Assembly (NCBI GenBank): GCA_034226945.1
Contig: CP120460.1
Span: forward strand, 310,001-374,000
Length of the DNA stretch: 64,000 nucleotides
Reading direction: 5' to 3'
DNA from: Picochlorum sp. SENEW3
Lineage: Eukaryota
Of the stretch, positions 1 to 13,123 are shown piece after piece. How positions within the stretch are numbered: the first letter of the stretch is position 1; every line of letters begins with the position of its first letter. A program made the position numbers and the translations under genes. The notes under the pieces were generated by a model. It was not told where the DNA came from. It was given only the letters and a program-made list of their open reading frames with translations, and did not search any database.

Positions 1-2
1 CT

Positions 3-242
3 CCTATTACCTCCATTCCCTCCTCCTCCTCCTCCTCTCATAGAGGGCGTGGCAATGCGAGTAGTAGTACTAATACTAATCGAGGTGGCCGTGGAAGTAG
101 AGGACGTGGTAATGCTAGTAGCAGTACTAATAATCGAGGCGGTAGAGGGCGTGGCAATAATAATAATAATCGAGGTAGGAGAGGACGCGGTGGACGCCGT
201 GGTGGCGGTTCTCGCGGTCGAGGAGAGCACAATCGACAGTAA
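3..242 (+). CDS. 3' end of a gene with an RGG/RG-rich C-terminal tail (probable RNA-binding protein), truncated by the window edge
   Basis: Frame 3 is open from the edge: PITSIPSSSSSSHRGRGNASSSTNTNRGGRGSRGRG...RGGRRGGGSRGRGEHNRQ then TAA at 240-242. Not in the ORF track because there is no start codon. Confidence 0.6.
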   Translation, partial: PITSIPSSSSSSHRGRGNASSSTNTNRGGRGSRGRGNASSSTNNRGGRGRGNNNNNRGRRGRGGRRGGGSRGRGEHNRQ

Positions 243-456
243 CAATATTTCATTAGTGTGCTGTGCTGCATAATAATACATTTCCTAAAGCTGTGCATGA
301 ATGAATACATATCTACATACATACAGGCAATGAGTCGAGAAAAAGAGAAGAAGATTCGTGTTACACAGAGTTTTTCATGCAACAATTTTCATTGTGTACC
401 AATCCTATATAAGTATCATGATGAAGATCTATTCTATACTATATATCAAAAACATG

Positions 457-1821
457 TCAAGAATGTACTACTAGTAATGATGACTCTTCGTCCTCGCCAT
501 TGTCTGCAGACACATCGGTAGTAGTAGACAGGGTATCTGTTGGTTGCCTAAAATCTCTTGCATGAGGAGCTACGTACACCCCTACAGCATATGCCACCGC
601 CCCAAGTAAAATCACAATCGTCGCAAGAGCCATGGTCATCCGCCAATTTCCAATACTACTCTGCACTAATCCCATAATCGGAGGCCCCGGCACATCCCCT
701 AGAAGATGCATGGAAACCACCGACATGGACATGGCAAGTGACCGTAGGGGTGGAGGCACAGACCATAAGATGAGAGCATTACTGGGCGCCTGCGTGAAGA
801 AGAGCAGAAACTCCCCCAAGCCAAATAATATACAAAACATGATGAACGATCCAGAGGTGATGAATGCAATAGCGATGCATATGGCTCCCCCACACAGGCC
901 GCACGCCCCCAGTGCCATGCCATGCCTCAAGGAACTTCCAATCACATCCAGCACATGACCTCCTAAAAAGGTACCCAGAATTCCTGTCAGTACCGTCATA
1001 ATACTAAACGATACATCTGCCTTCTCAGACGATATATCAAATACGGATGTCGCTGCCTGCGGCCCATAGAATGCATACGACCCAATAATTGCTGTATAGC
1101 ATGTCATACCAATTGTCGTTAATACAAACATATTGTATTGAAACACATGCACCAGGTCGGCGACAAACCCAGCACGATGCTCCAACAGCGATGAAGAATC
1201 ATTCAATGATTTCTGTTTCAGTGCCATATTCGTCCGAAAGCAATACCATATGAATGGCAGCATCATCACAGCTTCCAACGCAAATGCCGCTCGCCAGCCA
1301 ACAAAACTCCCCACAAGACCTCCATAGAGAAATCCTAGCGCATACCCGACGGGAATACAGGCATAAAACACAGCCAACCATCTTGTTTTATGCTCTTTGG
1401 GCGCATAGTCATCTATAAAGGGCGAGGCGAGGGCCACAAACGAAGCCTCCCCCACACCAACAATCATCCGACACAGCAACAGACTCCAAAACCCAAACGA
1501 TACGGCACAGCCTAGAACAGATACAAACCATATACTCAGACCATACCCTATCAACTTCATCGAAGCAGATGTCTTGGATGCATGAGCAAATATAGGCGAT
1601 GATATAAGCAACCCAACCATAAACCCAGCAGGCAGTATCCCATCTCGGAACAGACTCAGCTCAAACTCCCGCTGTAAGCCATCCCCATTCACCCCATTAC
1701 TTGATATTGTTCCTCTATCTAAATAAATGAGTATATTTAAACAACAGAATATACCCAGGATGGCCCCTTTTGACTCCAGACGAGAAGAAGACGAAGAAGG
1801 ACTAGTAGAGGGAGAATCCAT
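457..1821 (-). CDS. MFS transporter, Spinster-like
   Basis: NILIYLDRGTISS and RMIVGVGEASFVALASPFIDD motifs with about 12 hydrophobic segments. Likely start is MDSPST at 1821; the ORF extends upstream to 2055. Confidence 0.85.
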   Translation of the reverse strand: MDSPSTSPSSSSSRLESKGAILGIFCCLNILIYLDRGTISSNGVNGDGLQREFELSLFRDGILPAGFMVGLLISSPIFAHASKTSASMKLIGYGLSIWFVSVLGCAVSFGFWSLLLCRMIVGVGEASFVALASPFIDDYAPKEHKTRWLAVFYACIPVGYALGFLYGGLVGSFVGWRAAFALEAVMMLPFIWYCFRTNMALKQKSLNDSSSLLEHRAGFVADLVHVFQYNMFVLTTIGMTCYTAIIGSYAFYGPQAATSVFDISSEKADVSFSIMTVLTGILGTFLGGHVLDVIGSSLRHGMALGACGLCGGAICIAIAFITSGSFIMFCILFGLGEFLLFFTQAPSNALILWSVPPPLRSLAMSMSVVSMHLLGDVPGPPIMGLVQSSIGNWRMTMALATIVILLGAVAYAVGVYVAPHARDFRQPTDTLSTTTDVSADNGEDEESSLLVVHS

Positions 1822-2069
1822 GGAGCTTCTTCTTGTGTATCTCGTCCATTGACAACAAGCCCTTTTTAATTCTTCTTTGTAAGCTGATCGTCGAATATAC
1901 TTGGAAATGATGTTTGTGGAATGCCCTGCAGCATTCCATATGAATAAGGATTTCGAATTCATTCGAATCAAGGAGTTTTCAGCTCCGTGCTGCGTGGGAC
2001 AGGGCCATCCAAGAATAACACCTGATATCTGAACGCTGTGCCATATGTAATTCAATCTTTCTCATCACG

Positions 2070-3216
2070 ATGACACGAAAGGACAGTGAAAAGGAGATTT
2101 TTGTGAATGGAAGACTCTGTCTTCTTGGTGAGCACTCGGACTGGAGCGGTTCTTTTAGGAGGTGCGTCGGTCTGCTTGGTCCATGTATTGGGTCATACTG
2201 CCCACAAATCATCTCTTTCATGCAGTCAAAATGATACTATTGCACGAGGATGCACGATCGTGGCTGGGATAAACTACGGGCTCTATGCTCGAGCATATCG
2301 TTTGGACGAACCTGTACTGCGGGTGAGATCTACCAAAGATACAGGGGAAGTTGAAGAATGCGAATATCCCATGGATGAGAATGTGTTGATTGAATCGGCA
2401 AAGCGAGGGGGATTTTGGTCGTATGCCGCTGGGGTGGCGTATATTGTTGCAACAGAGTTTGAGGTCAAGGGATTGTATCTGGATAATTACAAGACAACGC
2501 TGCCGTTGAAAAAGGGGTTGTCGAGCTCTGCTGCTTTTTGCGTGCTTGTCGCACGCGCTTTTAATGTATGTTATGGGATTGGACTGACACAGCGGGGTGA
2601 AATGCGCATTGCTTATGAAGGAGAACGCTTAACGCCCAGTCAATGTGGAAAAATGGATCAGGCTGTTGCGCTTGGCACGACGACTGTTAGGATGATATAT
2701 GATGGGGATTTGCTCAAGGTTGAGAGGATGCGGGTGGGGGAGACGCTGTATATGGTATTAGTCGATTTGAAGGCGTCCAAGGATACGGTGGAAATTTTGT
2801 CAAAATTACAGCGTGCATATCCTATTGCACAGACCGAGGCGGATCGGCATCTTCATCGATTGTTGGGTGATATGAATCTTGATATTACTGATAGAGCGAC
2901 AATGTACCTTGCGGAGGGGGATATGGAGAAGCTTGGGCGTCTGATGAGTGAAGCACAAGAGATGTTTGATGAGATGGCTGGGCCAATGTGTCCAAGTCAG
3001 TTGGGTGTGCGTGGGAGTCCAGTGCTGCATCAGCTGCTTTCGTATGAACCAATTCAAGAGTATATATATGGTGGGAAGGGTGTAGGTAGTCAAGGAGATG
3101 GGAGTGCGCAGTTTGTGTGCAAAAATGCAGAAGCACAACAGCGGGTGTGTGATGTCCTGCATGCGAGTGAGTTTGATGTCTCTTGCATGACGGTGACTCT
3201 GCCCAAGACCACATGA
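2070..3216 (+). CDS. GHMP-family sugar kinase (galactokinase-like); exons 2070-2161 and 2226-3216
   Basis: Exon 1 encodes GRLCLLGEHSDW (galactokinase-type motif 1). Intron GTGCGT..TGCAG at 2162-2225 joins in frame. PLKKGLSSSAA is the ATP-binding motif and GGKGVGSQGDG is motif 3. Confidence 0.85.
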
Positions 3217-3312
3217 TACAAAACTAGAATCATCACAATCATTGATACTGTGATGATGACTTTTCTTTTGTTTTCTCGTGAATGGTATGCTGTAATATTG
3301 TATGGTTGGCAA

Positions 3313-5568
3313 TCAAGCCCTTGTATGGCTAGTGTTTTGTTGCCGAAGTAATGCCAAGGCTGCAGCTTCCTGGTCTTCCAGGGTCGGTTGCATTCCCATG
3401 TACGCTGGATCCATGCGAGGCTCTTCTTCTTCTTCCTCCTCCTCCTCAGACATGTGATGGGCCTCGTCGTCGTCATTGTCTGATACGGGGTGGAGAGATA
3501 CCTGCTGGTACTCTTCATTCTCTCGTGCTAATCTTCTGGCTCTCTTCTCCTGTCGCTTCATCTTCCTCAAACGTTTCATTTCCTCTTTATCAATTGCATC
3601 GCGCTCTTTAAGAGCTTTTTGAGTCGCTGCGGCTCGTTCTTCAACCGACGCAAAGTGATGGCTGGCATCTTGTGAGGCAACATCTGCTGCAAGGGCTTCT
3701 AATGGGTCTAGAGCTTTGCCTTCCTCATCAAAGATGACTTTCTGCCCAGTTGTTTTGTTGACGTTAATCTTCATCTTTTTTTTCTTCTTTTTACTCGTCG
3801 TGATTGCTGATGTTGACGGATCCCGACCATTCTGTGCCTCTTGTTCATCATCATCCTTTGTGGTATCGTCCACCGAGTGCTTTCTTTTCAAGACAAGAAA
3901 GTCACCATCGTCGGCTTCATCATCATCGCCTGAAGTACTTGTCGTAGTATTTGTATGTATGTGATTCTTTGTACCTCTCTGATCGAGCTTTTCGGATGGC
4001 GGATGGGCCTCCATTGCCTCCTCAGTCTCCTGCTGCTGTTCTCCCTTTGCCAAAATTTTCATCTTGGGAACACTCGTGAGCCCAAGACTAAAGGCGAACT
4101 CCGTGGCAGGGAGCTTTTGGACATCAAATATACGCTTCTTAGGCTGCAAGAAGACGGACCGTAAATACGACACGACCGCCTTTTGCGCCGCTGTTTTGAC
4201 CTCTGCGTCCTTTGACAAGAGTGCTTGGAGAGCCTGGGAGACAGGCTGGATCTTTTCCTTGTTATATTTAAGATTTTTCAGCTCAACCTTTGATTCTTTC
4301 AGATCACGGACCATTCCTTCGCATTCCGATGGCACTAATAACAGCAGCCCTTTACCACCGTGCGTGTACCGTGCTGTCCTCCCAACTCTATGAATATATG
4401 ATGCCACATCCTCTGGGCAATCCGCCTGAACCACCCAATCAACCTTTGGAAAATCCAACCCTCTGGCAGCAATATCAGTTGCAAACAAAACACCAGCTTT
4501 TGAGTCGCAGAATTGATCGTATACAACCAATCTCTTCTGCTGTGACATTTTCCCATGGAGGCATCGCAGAGGTGTTCCAGGCCGAAGCCTCCTGAATGCT
4601 TCATAGACAAATTTCACCTGATTGCATGTAGAAAAGAAGACAATGATTCTCGAGGACAGATGCGTTTTAATGAATGACCAAATCACATCCATCTTATCCT
4701 GGAGATTGCAAATCATATATGCCTGCTCCAGCTTGACAGGCGTGGGGGCTGCTGCATCAGCATGGGCAGAAACATACTCTGGATCCTTCAAGCTCAACCT
4801 CGCTAACGCACTCACACTCTTCGTTTGAGTCGCAGAGAATAGTAATGTCTGCCTATCTTTCGGTACATTCGCCACAATGGCGTTTACAGTTGCAGAAAAT
4901 CCCATGTCTAATATCCGATCAGCCTCATCTAGAACCAGCAATTTCAGCCCATCGGCGTTAAAATCAGGCGACTCGTCCATATGCTGAAGCAATCTACCAG
5001 GCGTAGCCACCAATATATTCATCACGCCCACCCGACTCGCCTCTTGCTCGACATCTTTGCCACCAATCAAAAGACCAGCAGACAGCTCATGGTGACACCC
5101 AATTGTCCTCAGTTCTTCAAAGATTTGCAACGCCAACTCCCTCGTCGGAGATATAATCAACGCACCAAGACCATCATAGACGTTCCACTTCAACCTATAC
5201 AGCTTCTCAATCACCGGTATCAAGAATGCAAGCGTCTTTCCAGACCCAGTCTTCGCGGCTCCCAGCACGTCCCTACCGATGAGAGCATGCGGAAGCGCTG
5301 CCCTCTGTATTGCCGTTAAGTTGGTAAATTTTGCCTTTTTTAACGCATCTTTGGTATACTGGGACAGTGGAAAATCCTGAAATTTCCTCCCAAGCCAAAA
5401 GGGTTTGTCTGCATGTCCTTGTGTTGCATGACTCGCTTTTGCTGCAAGAGTATCACTCCCAGACGGCGGAATCTGCTCTTGTAATACATTCTCAATATTT
5501 TCTATTTCCTCATTTTCAATATCTGCCTTTTTCTTCCTCGGTCCTCCAGGACGCCTCTTTGTCCCCAT
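3313..5568 (-). CDS. DBP4: DEAD-box RNA helicase DDX10/Dbp4
   Basis: AKTGSGKT, PTRELA, DEAD, SAT and HRVGRTAR motifs; GALIISPTRELALQIFE and ATPGRLLQHMDE are typical of Dbp4; charged C-terminal tail. Confidence 0.9.
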   Translation of the reverse strand: MGTKRRPGGPRKKKADIENEEIENIENVLQEQIPPSGSDTLAAKASHATQGHADKPFWLGRKFQDFPLSQYTKDALKKAKFTNLTAIQRAALPHALIGRDVLGAAKTGSGKTLAFLIPVIEKLYRLKWNVYDGLGALIISPTRELALQIFEELRTIGCHHELSAGLLIGGKDVEQEASRVGVMNILVATPGRLLQHMDESPDFNADGLKLLVLDEADRILDMGFSATVNAIVANVPKDRQTLLFSATQTKSVSALARLSLKDPEYVSAHADAAAPTPVKLEQAYMICNLQDKMDVIWSFIKTHLSSRIIVFFSTCNQVKFVYEAFRRLRPGTPLRCLHGKMSQQKRLVVYDQFCDSKAGVLFATDIAARGLDFPKVDWVVQADCPEDVASYIHRVGRTARYTHGGKGLLLLVPSECEGMVRDLKESKVELKNLKYNKEKIQPVSQALQALLSKDAEVKTAAQKAVVSYLRSVFLQPKKRIFDVQKLPATEFAFSLGLTSVPKMKILAKGEQQQETEEAMEAHPPSEKLDQRGTKNHIHTNTTTSTSGDDDEADDGDFLVLKRKHSVDDTTKDDDEQEAQNGRDPSTSAITTSKKKKKKMKINVNKTTGQKVIFDEEGKALDPLEALAADVASQDASHHFASVEERAAATQKALKERDAIDKEEMKRLRKMKRQEKRARRLARENEEYQQVSLHPVSDNDDDEAHHMSEEEEEEEEEPRMDPAYMGMQPTLEDQEAAALALLRQQNTSHTRA

Positions 5569-5894
5569 GTCTGGTTCAATGCTGGGGACAAGAAATATCT
5601 TCGACTACTGCTGGTCCTGGGATCCCTATCGAGCACTATTACTACTCTTTGTCTATACCAATGAAACGTTTTTCAAACAATTGAATAGCATCATGCCCAT
5701 GGTATCGTGGATGCATCTGGCACAATGGTAGCAAACTTTGAATCTTCTCCATGACACTTGTTTTTGTAGCTGATGAATAATACTTGTATTCTTCTACTGT
5801 ATGCGATGAGAACAAGGTCCCTTCTATTCTTTATTATACCTAATATAATTGATGAAGATGAAGCCATAAAAAGGGAAAGAATTCAGACACGGCA

Positions 5895-6212
5895 ATGTCA
5901 GACAATACGAGCCAAGGCACCCAGAAAAAAACGCCCTTGCTGCGCCAAAAGGAAGGCCTTCTCGCCGCTGGCCTTGCCTGCGCAGCGAGCGCGTTCGTCT
6001 TTTATAAACAGAAGAAAACAAAGCCATTTAAAATAGCATATTTCCTCACCTGGCCAGTCTTGGGAGCAGGTATCATCAATTATGGCATGCCAACGGACGA
6101 CGATATGAAACAGGCTATAGCAAAGTCACATGCTATTGAGAAGCAAGAACAGCTTGATAAGAGTGTTGTCCATCGACAAATGGAGGAATTAAAACATGCA
6201 GCAGGGAAATAA
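5895..6212 (+). CDS. Small hypothetical membrane protein (105 aa, two hydrophobic segments)
   Basis: ATG-initiated ORF filling the gap between genes; hydrophobic stretches GLLAAGLACAASAFVFY and IAYFLTWPVLGAGII. Confidence 0.6.
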   Translation: MSDNTSQGTQKKTPLLRQKEGLLAAGLACAASAFVFYKQKKTKPFKIAYFLTWPVLGAGIINYGMPTDDDMKQAIAKSHAIEKQEQLDKSVVHRQMEELKHAAGK

Positions 6213-6273
6213 CATATATATATTGTATCAGTGATCGCAGAGTATCTTGTGTGAATATGTATATACATGTCTA

Positions 6274-7194
6274 CTATTGGTGGAAAGAAGAAGAAGAGTG
6301 TGACTCTGCCATGGAGACCAGTCTGGAGACATCATCCCACGAAAAGCCTCGACGCTGCAGCCACCCTGTTAAACGCCGCCTCTTCGCTTCTTTACTAATA
6401 TGAGAACCATACGACTGATATTGTCGTATGGCAGCCTGAATTAATGCTTCCTCTGGGTGTCCCAAGGAGGACACTGAGTCAATGTCGGTGGGATCACGTC
6501 CATACCCTTCCTCATCCATATATCTCTTGACTGATATGTTCCCTTCGTCTCCAAAAACGCTCTCTAAAGCAAGACTAATATGCTCTTTTGCAACACCTTT
6601 TCTACTCAGTTCCATACCAATCTTTCTCGGACTCCACCGCGACTGCCTCCACTTTGACCGAGCAAATATCACAGCGTGCTCAGCATCACTCTGCAAGCCC
6701 ACCTCTTCCAACCGATCCAACACGCAGCAAATCACGTCTTCATCGTACTCACGCTCCTGAAGTTTACGGCGCAATTCGTCCCTGGAATGAGAACGCCTCC
6801 CAATCATCCTCAATGCAGATGCCTTTGCTCTCTCCACCTTGTCTGCCTGAGGGCCTCCTCCTTCGTCTCCTCCTCCTCCTGCACAGTGGTCTGCGATTCC
6901 TCGACACATGATCGGCGATACTGCCGTCCATCTTTGATTATATACGGTTGACATGATATGACTGGTTTCGACAGTAGATGAGATTGCCGAGACGGGCTTC
7001 CACGGGCGAGTGCCGTTGAGGAACGACTCTAGCCTCTCAGAACCTGTATGGGATGCTCTATAGTGATAAGATCCCATCGATATGTATCCTAAAGTATATA
7101 TATCGGTATGTTTCATGCCTATAATGCGCTGTAATCGAGTAAACCCGACCCTAGGGCACCCTTGGCACGAAAGAATTCGGCAGGGTGCGGCCAT
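6274..7194 (-). CDS. recX: RecX regulatory protein, probably organelle-targeted
   Basis: ALRMIGRRSHSRDELRRKL, SPRKIGMELSRKGV and RLTGWLQRRGFSWD are the RecX three-helix repeats; long N-terminal extension. Confidence 0.88.
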   Translation of the reverse strand: MAAPCRILSCQGCPRVGFTRLQRIIGMKHTDIYTLGYISMGSYHYRASHTGSERLESFLNGTRPWKPVSAISSTVETSHIMSTVYNQRWTAVSPIMCRGIADHCAGGGGDEGGGPQADKVERAKASALRMIGRRSHSRDELRRKLQEREYDEDVICCVLDRLEEVGLQSDAEHAVIFARSKWRQSRWSPRKIGMELSRKGVAKEHISLALESVFGDEGNISVKRYMDEEGYGRDPTDIDSVSSLGHPEEALIQAAIRQYQSYGSHISKEAKRRRLTGWLQRRGFSWDDVSRLVSMAESHSSSSFHQ

Positions 7195-7370
7195 GTCAAT
7201 CTCAGGCAGGCGAATGGTTTCTTCTTCTTATGACAATCTACTCATATCTCTACCATAGTAATAGTAGTAGCAAATATGAAGAATACATAAAATAATACGT
7301 TTAATAATAATAGATGGGATCAACAAGCACACGACGATGATGATGAAGAAAAAGAAACATGCTTCATCCT

Positions 7371-8086
7371 TCAAAAAACAAGCAACTGCCATGAATACAT
7401 CCCCACGAGGCCGAGAACGGTAACCATGCTCCATATTACTGGTACTGCATGTGATGCAGGGAATGGATCTTCATCTCCATTGACAACAAAGACTTCGGCA
7501 ATCATGCCATTTCTACAGTCATCAGCATGCTGACTGGTGATCCAATAGTGACCTGGTTCCTCTGGCACTTTCCAGTCGAACCCGCCCCCATTAGACACTG
7601 GTGCTAAGAATTTATATGCTTCAGTCTCTCCACCTGTGAAATTCGAGGGGCATGCAATGGAAGGGATCTGGAAGACGCCGTGCATTCCCTTCCAACGAAA
7701 CCTGACCGTCCCTTCTTTACACACGACGTATGGGCCAAAGCGCTTCAAGTCCCATTCCAGTAGATCAAAATTTTTATAGCAGTTTTCTGGATAGATTGTC
7801 ACTGCAGGGCAATATCAAAACTCCTCCTCAATAGATTGTGTGGAACTTGACGTGGTAACGGTCGCTGAGTGGGTGTGGAACGACCGCTCGATGGTTATTG
7901 TTGCTGAATTCAACCGCGCCTTTCATGGTGAAAGACTCCATCTTTTTTTTAATCTTGATACTCTAAGATTGCTGAATTGATTTCAGATCTGGAAGAAAAA
8001 CAAAGCGTACCTGGAACGGCAGTTGCACGCGGTAAGGCGAGAGAGACCAACAGACGTATCGCTAGTACCACGACTAATGGCCGCAT
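7371..8086 (-). CDS. Secreted, probably GPI-anchored phytocyanin/early-nodulin-like cupredoxin-fold protein; exons 8086-8011 and 7801-7371
   Basis: Exon 1 MRPLVVVLAIRLLVSLALPRATAVP is a signal peptide. Intron GTACGC..CTGCAG at 8010-7802 splices in frame. HGVFQI..C..GHYWITSQHADDCRNGM resembles phytocyanins; hydrophobic C-terminal tail. Confidence 0.7.
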
Positions 8087-8213
8087 TGTTCTACATAAAT
8101 ATTCGTAATTATATTCTTTTGATTCGCAGTAGCATGTTGTTCTCTCTATTGCATCGCTGTCTCACGGGAGATGTCACATCCGACCACAGAGAGAGAACAG
8201 AGGCATGAGGCCA

Positions 8214-9297
8214 TCAAGTAGGCCTCATGTGAACAACAAGATTCTGATACTCGTCTTGGAGATGGTCTGGAACGAGATCAGCCACGGTCATAAGATCGAA
8301 CGGGGGTTCACGAGAGCCATGGATACTCTGTTGTAGCTCCTCCGAGCTGAGAATGGGTTGGCGAAATGTAGCTTTGAACCCACCCTTGGCATCCACAACT
8401 GCCTTGGGGGGTCCCCTGGCAACGGACACCCAATGCCCGTGTGCTAATTCATGCAAATGAAAGGACCATTCATCCCTTGGACCGTTTCCTTCTATCCATA
8501 CAGTCGCTGTATTTGTATCATCGCAGATCTCAAATTCAATCTTGCCGAGATCATAGCCAAGTCCCATTCCAGTTGCCTTGACAAATGCCTATACCATGGT
8601 ATGGATACAATTTTATGTCATAGTACTCAAAAACTATGCGTATATCATGATGACATACCTCTTTGAGACTCCAGAATTGAGTAAACCGACGCTCCATGGC
8701 CTCCACTGATGTCTCTGATTCATACACTCGCGCCCATTCTTTCCTTGTAAGCTGCCGCTCAAAGGCACGAAACGTCTGTTTCAGCCCCTCTACTGTGCAC
8801 TCCTCGTGATCCTTCTTCCTTCGAATAGATCCCGGAGACGATATATCGCATCCACATATACAAACACCTTCTGACGCCACGACCACGTAGTGCCCATCAT
8901 GGCTCGAACTAAAATTAAAGTTTGGGACAGCATCCCACACAGCTCCTTCTGGCTCACAGGGACCAGTCGTCACCACATATGGCTTGCCCCCCTTGGTCGT
9001 ATCCATTGTAATACACTTCAAATCATCATGACTGTACTGAGATGGCGCCACATGCTTGAACAGTCGCATCCCAAGAGATCGTTGCAAAAGCTTACTCACG
9101 AGAGCCCGCTTCCTATCTGCCTCGAATCGAAACTTCCTACATTTGATCTCTTCCTCTTTTTGAAGTAGATGAGAGCACAGAAACGTGAATTCTTCCTCAC
9201 TTGGCGTCCACCTAGAGATATCGACCCCCCATCGACAGGTCGCCCAACACCCCGTAGTCAATGGACTCTTCTTCGAGGTCGGAAAAGAATTCGTCAT
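8214..9297 (-). CDS. Sfp/AASDHPPT-type 4'-phosphopantetheinyl transferase; exons 9297-8659 and 8588-8214
   Basis: TTKGGKPY, FNFSSSHDG and GCDIS motifs; FWSLKE|AFVKATGMGL is restored by intron GTATGT..TATAG at 8658-8589. Confidence 0.9.
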
Positions 9298-9773
9298 GGT
9301 TATACGTACGTAGTAGTAGTAGGATATATATACTATTATTACTTAAATTATTTATTTGTGTATACCTACAAAAGAAAGAAGGCCATGGTGTTGTTGATCA
9401 CCTCGAGGAGGAGGAGAGGTTGTGGGTACCCAGATGTCACTGACAATTGGACTGCTTCGAGACCAGTCATCTTCTGCCTGGGAATGCTCATCAATTGGTA
9501 GTTGGCCAAGACCCATATAAAGATGCATCTAGGCATGAAGAAAGAAGACACCAAACTGGCTGGGTGATTGAGTGAGTGAGTGTACACTCAGCTCCATAGT
9601 ATATACATATGGGGATGGCCATCGATGGCCAATTCCATGTATATGGAATGCACAGAAGTGGCGCCTTCAGTCTGCAGATCTGCATTGGCCACCGATTTCA
9701 CAAGACACCTGCATGATCGCTTCACTTCATTGGAGAATTTTAAATATTCATCTGAAATAAATATTCAATCAAC

Positions 9774-11554
<1,781 letters not shown>

Positions 11555-11704
11555 TTCTTTTGATTCTTTTTGACGCGTTATGGGTTTGAATACACTGCAG
11601 ATATATTAACTATTCATAAGCATCCCATGTAAAAACTATTGCATTCATTCGGATTGGTTTCTAGTTTATATATTACAATCGATGTTTTGTGTGTGAGAGA
11701 TGAT

Positions 11705-13123
11705 TCAGAATTTGGCCAAGTTGAGCGCGTCTTTGATGATCAAGTACATTCCAAGTGATGTGAGCAGCAGAAATCCACTAGCCATGACTGCTCTCTCAAA
11801 GTCTTGATCAACCTTTTCACCACGAATCGCTTCCAGTATCTGAAATACTAAATATCCTCCATCTAATGCTGGTAGTGGGAGGATGTTCACTATAGCGAGG
11901 TTGAGGTTGATGAGTGCGGCAAATTGATACAATCCATTGATGTCAGTTCTGGCAACTTCACTCCCCACTGCTAGAATAGCAACCGGCCCTGACACATTCT
12001 TCGAGGTTTCTTGGAAGTTTGTCACAAACTGCCATAATCCTCTGCAGACATTGCTGCCCAATGATGCAACTTCCCTAGCTCCAAGAGTCACTGCCTCGAC
12101 AACTGAAGTGGCCTTGGTTGTGTTCAATTTAACATTTGGTGCCAGTGTGATTCCCAAACGCCCAGTTCCATCTGGCATTTCAGCTGGAGTAATTGGGATA
12201 TCCAGCAAACTATCCTGCCTGCGAACCTTTAATTTGAGTTCCTTCTTTGGGTTCACTCGCACCTTTTTCACAAACTTCCCTACACTCCCTGGCTCTGGAG
12301 CCATATCTAAATCACCTGCCTGAAGAACAATATCTCCTTTTTGCAGTCCTGCTCTTTCCGCAACGGTGTTTGGATTGATATCTCCGAGGATAATCCCAGG
12401 AGAGAACTCTGGCTCTGTGATACCAACAACGCCAGCTTGTACAAAACATATTGTAAACGCAAACACAACATTCGCAGCCACGCCGGCGCACGTCACAAGT
12501 ATTCTGTCCAACACAGGCCTATTCGTGAGCAAATTGGGATCATCGCGCTCATATGGAGAATCTTCATCTTCATCAGGGAAGGCAACAAATCCTCCCAAAG
12601 GAATAGCTCTCAAAGAGTATTCAACCTCCCTGCCCTTGTATTTCCATAAAACTGGCCCGAAGCCAATCGCAAACTTTTTCACGTGGATATTTTGAATCTT
12701 TGCTGCTGAAAAATGACCCAACTCGTGAATCCCTACCACCGCAGCTAACACTCCAAGTGCCTCTAGCACACTTCCAGGACCAGAAATATCAAAGCCAGAG
12801 TCCAGCAGTCCTCCCCCTGCCGAGACAGCCGGAAACAGAGCTCCTAGAGCCATCACAGGCATCATCTTTGCCAAAGGATTCGTTCCATTCTCAGACCAAC
12901 CAGCAGCTCTCGTCACTGGTTCAAGTTTCTCAGACCCGCCAATGCCCTGTTCCTCCCCATTTGCCTTTGATCGGGTAATCAATCGATTATTACACACTAT
13001 CGACCGTTGTTTCGCGATTCTATGACGAAAATTCGGTGCATTCCCGATAGCCAAGACCTGTGGCTGTCTTACACCCACACAACGAGCCATATTCGCGAGC
13101 CCCATCCCCACTTCCAGACCCAT
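11705..13123 (-). CDS. Plastid site-2 (M50/RseP, ARASP-like) membrane metalloprotease with PDZ domain
   Basis: HELGH zinc motif, AIPLGGFV, NILPLPALDGG; transit-peptide-like N-terminus. Confidence 0.92.
   Translation of the reverse strand: MGLEVGMGLANMARCVGVRQPQVLAIGNAPNFRHRIAKQRSIVCNNRLITRSKANGEEQGIGGSEKLEPVTRAAGWSENGTNPLAKMMPVMALGALFPAVSAGGGLLDSGFDISGPGSVLEALGVLAAVVGIHELGHFSAAKIQNIHVKKFAIGFGPVLWKYKGREVEYSLRAIPLGGFVAFPDEDEDSPYERDDPNLLTNRPVLDRILVTCAGVAANVVFAFTICFVQAGVVGITEPEFSPGIILGDINPNTVAERAGLQKGDIVLQAGDLDMAPEPGSVGKFVKKVRVNPKKELKLKVRRQDSLLDIPITPAEMPDGTGRLGITLAPNVKLNTTKATSVVEAVTLGAREVASLGSNVCRGLWQFVTNFQETSKNVSGPVAILAVGSEVARTDINGLYQFAALINLNLAIVNILPLPALDGGYLVFQILEAIRGEKVDQDFERAVMASGFLLLTSLGMYLIIKDALNLAKF

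Noticed and set aside
38..385. Pro/Leu/Arg-rich minus-strand ORF
   Set aside because: Antisense reading of the RGG-rich plus-strand tail.
7837..7940. Possible H/ACA snoRNA in the 209-nt intron (two hairpins, ACAATA and ACA each 16 nt after a stem)
   Set aside because: The lower stems needed to form pseudouridylation pockets cannot be built, especially for the second hairpin.
9366..9587. Short ORFs between PPTase and SAHH
   Set aside because: No recognisable motif or supportable exon structure.
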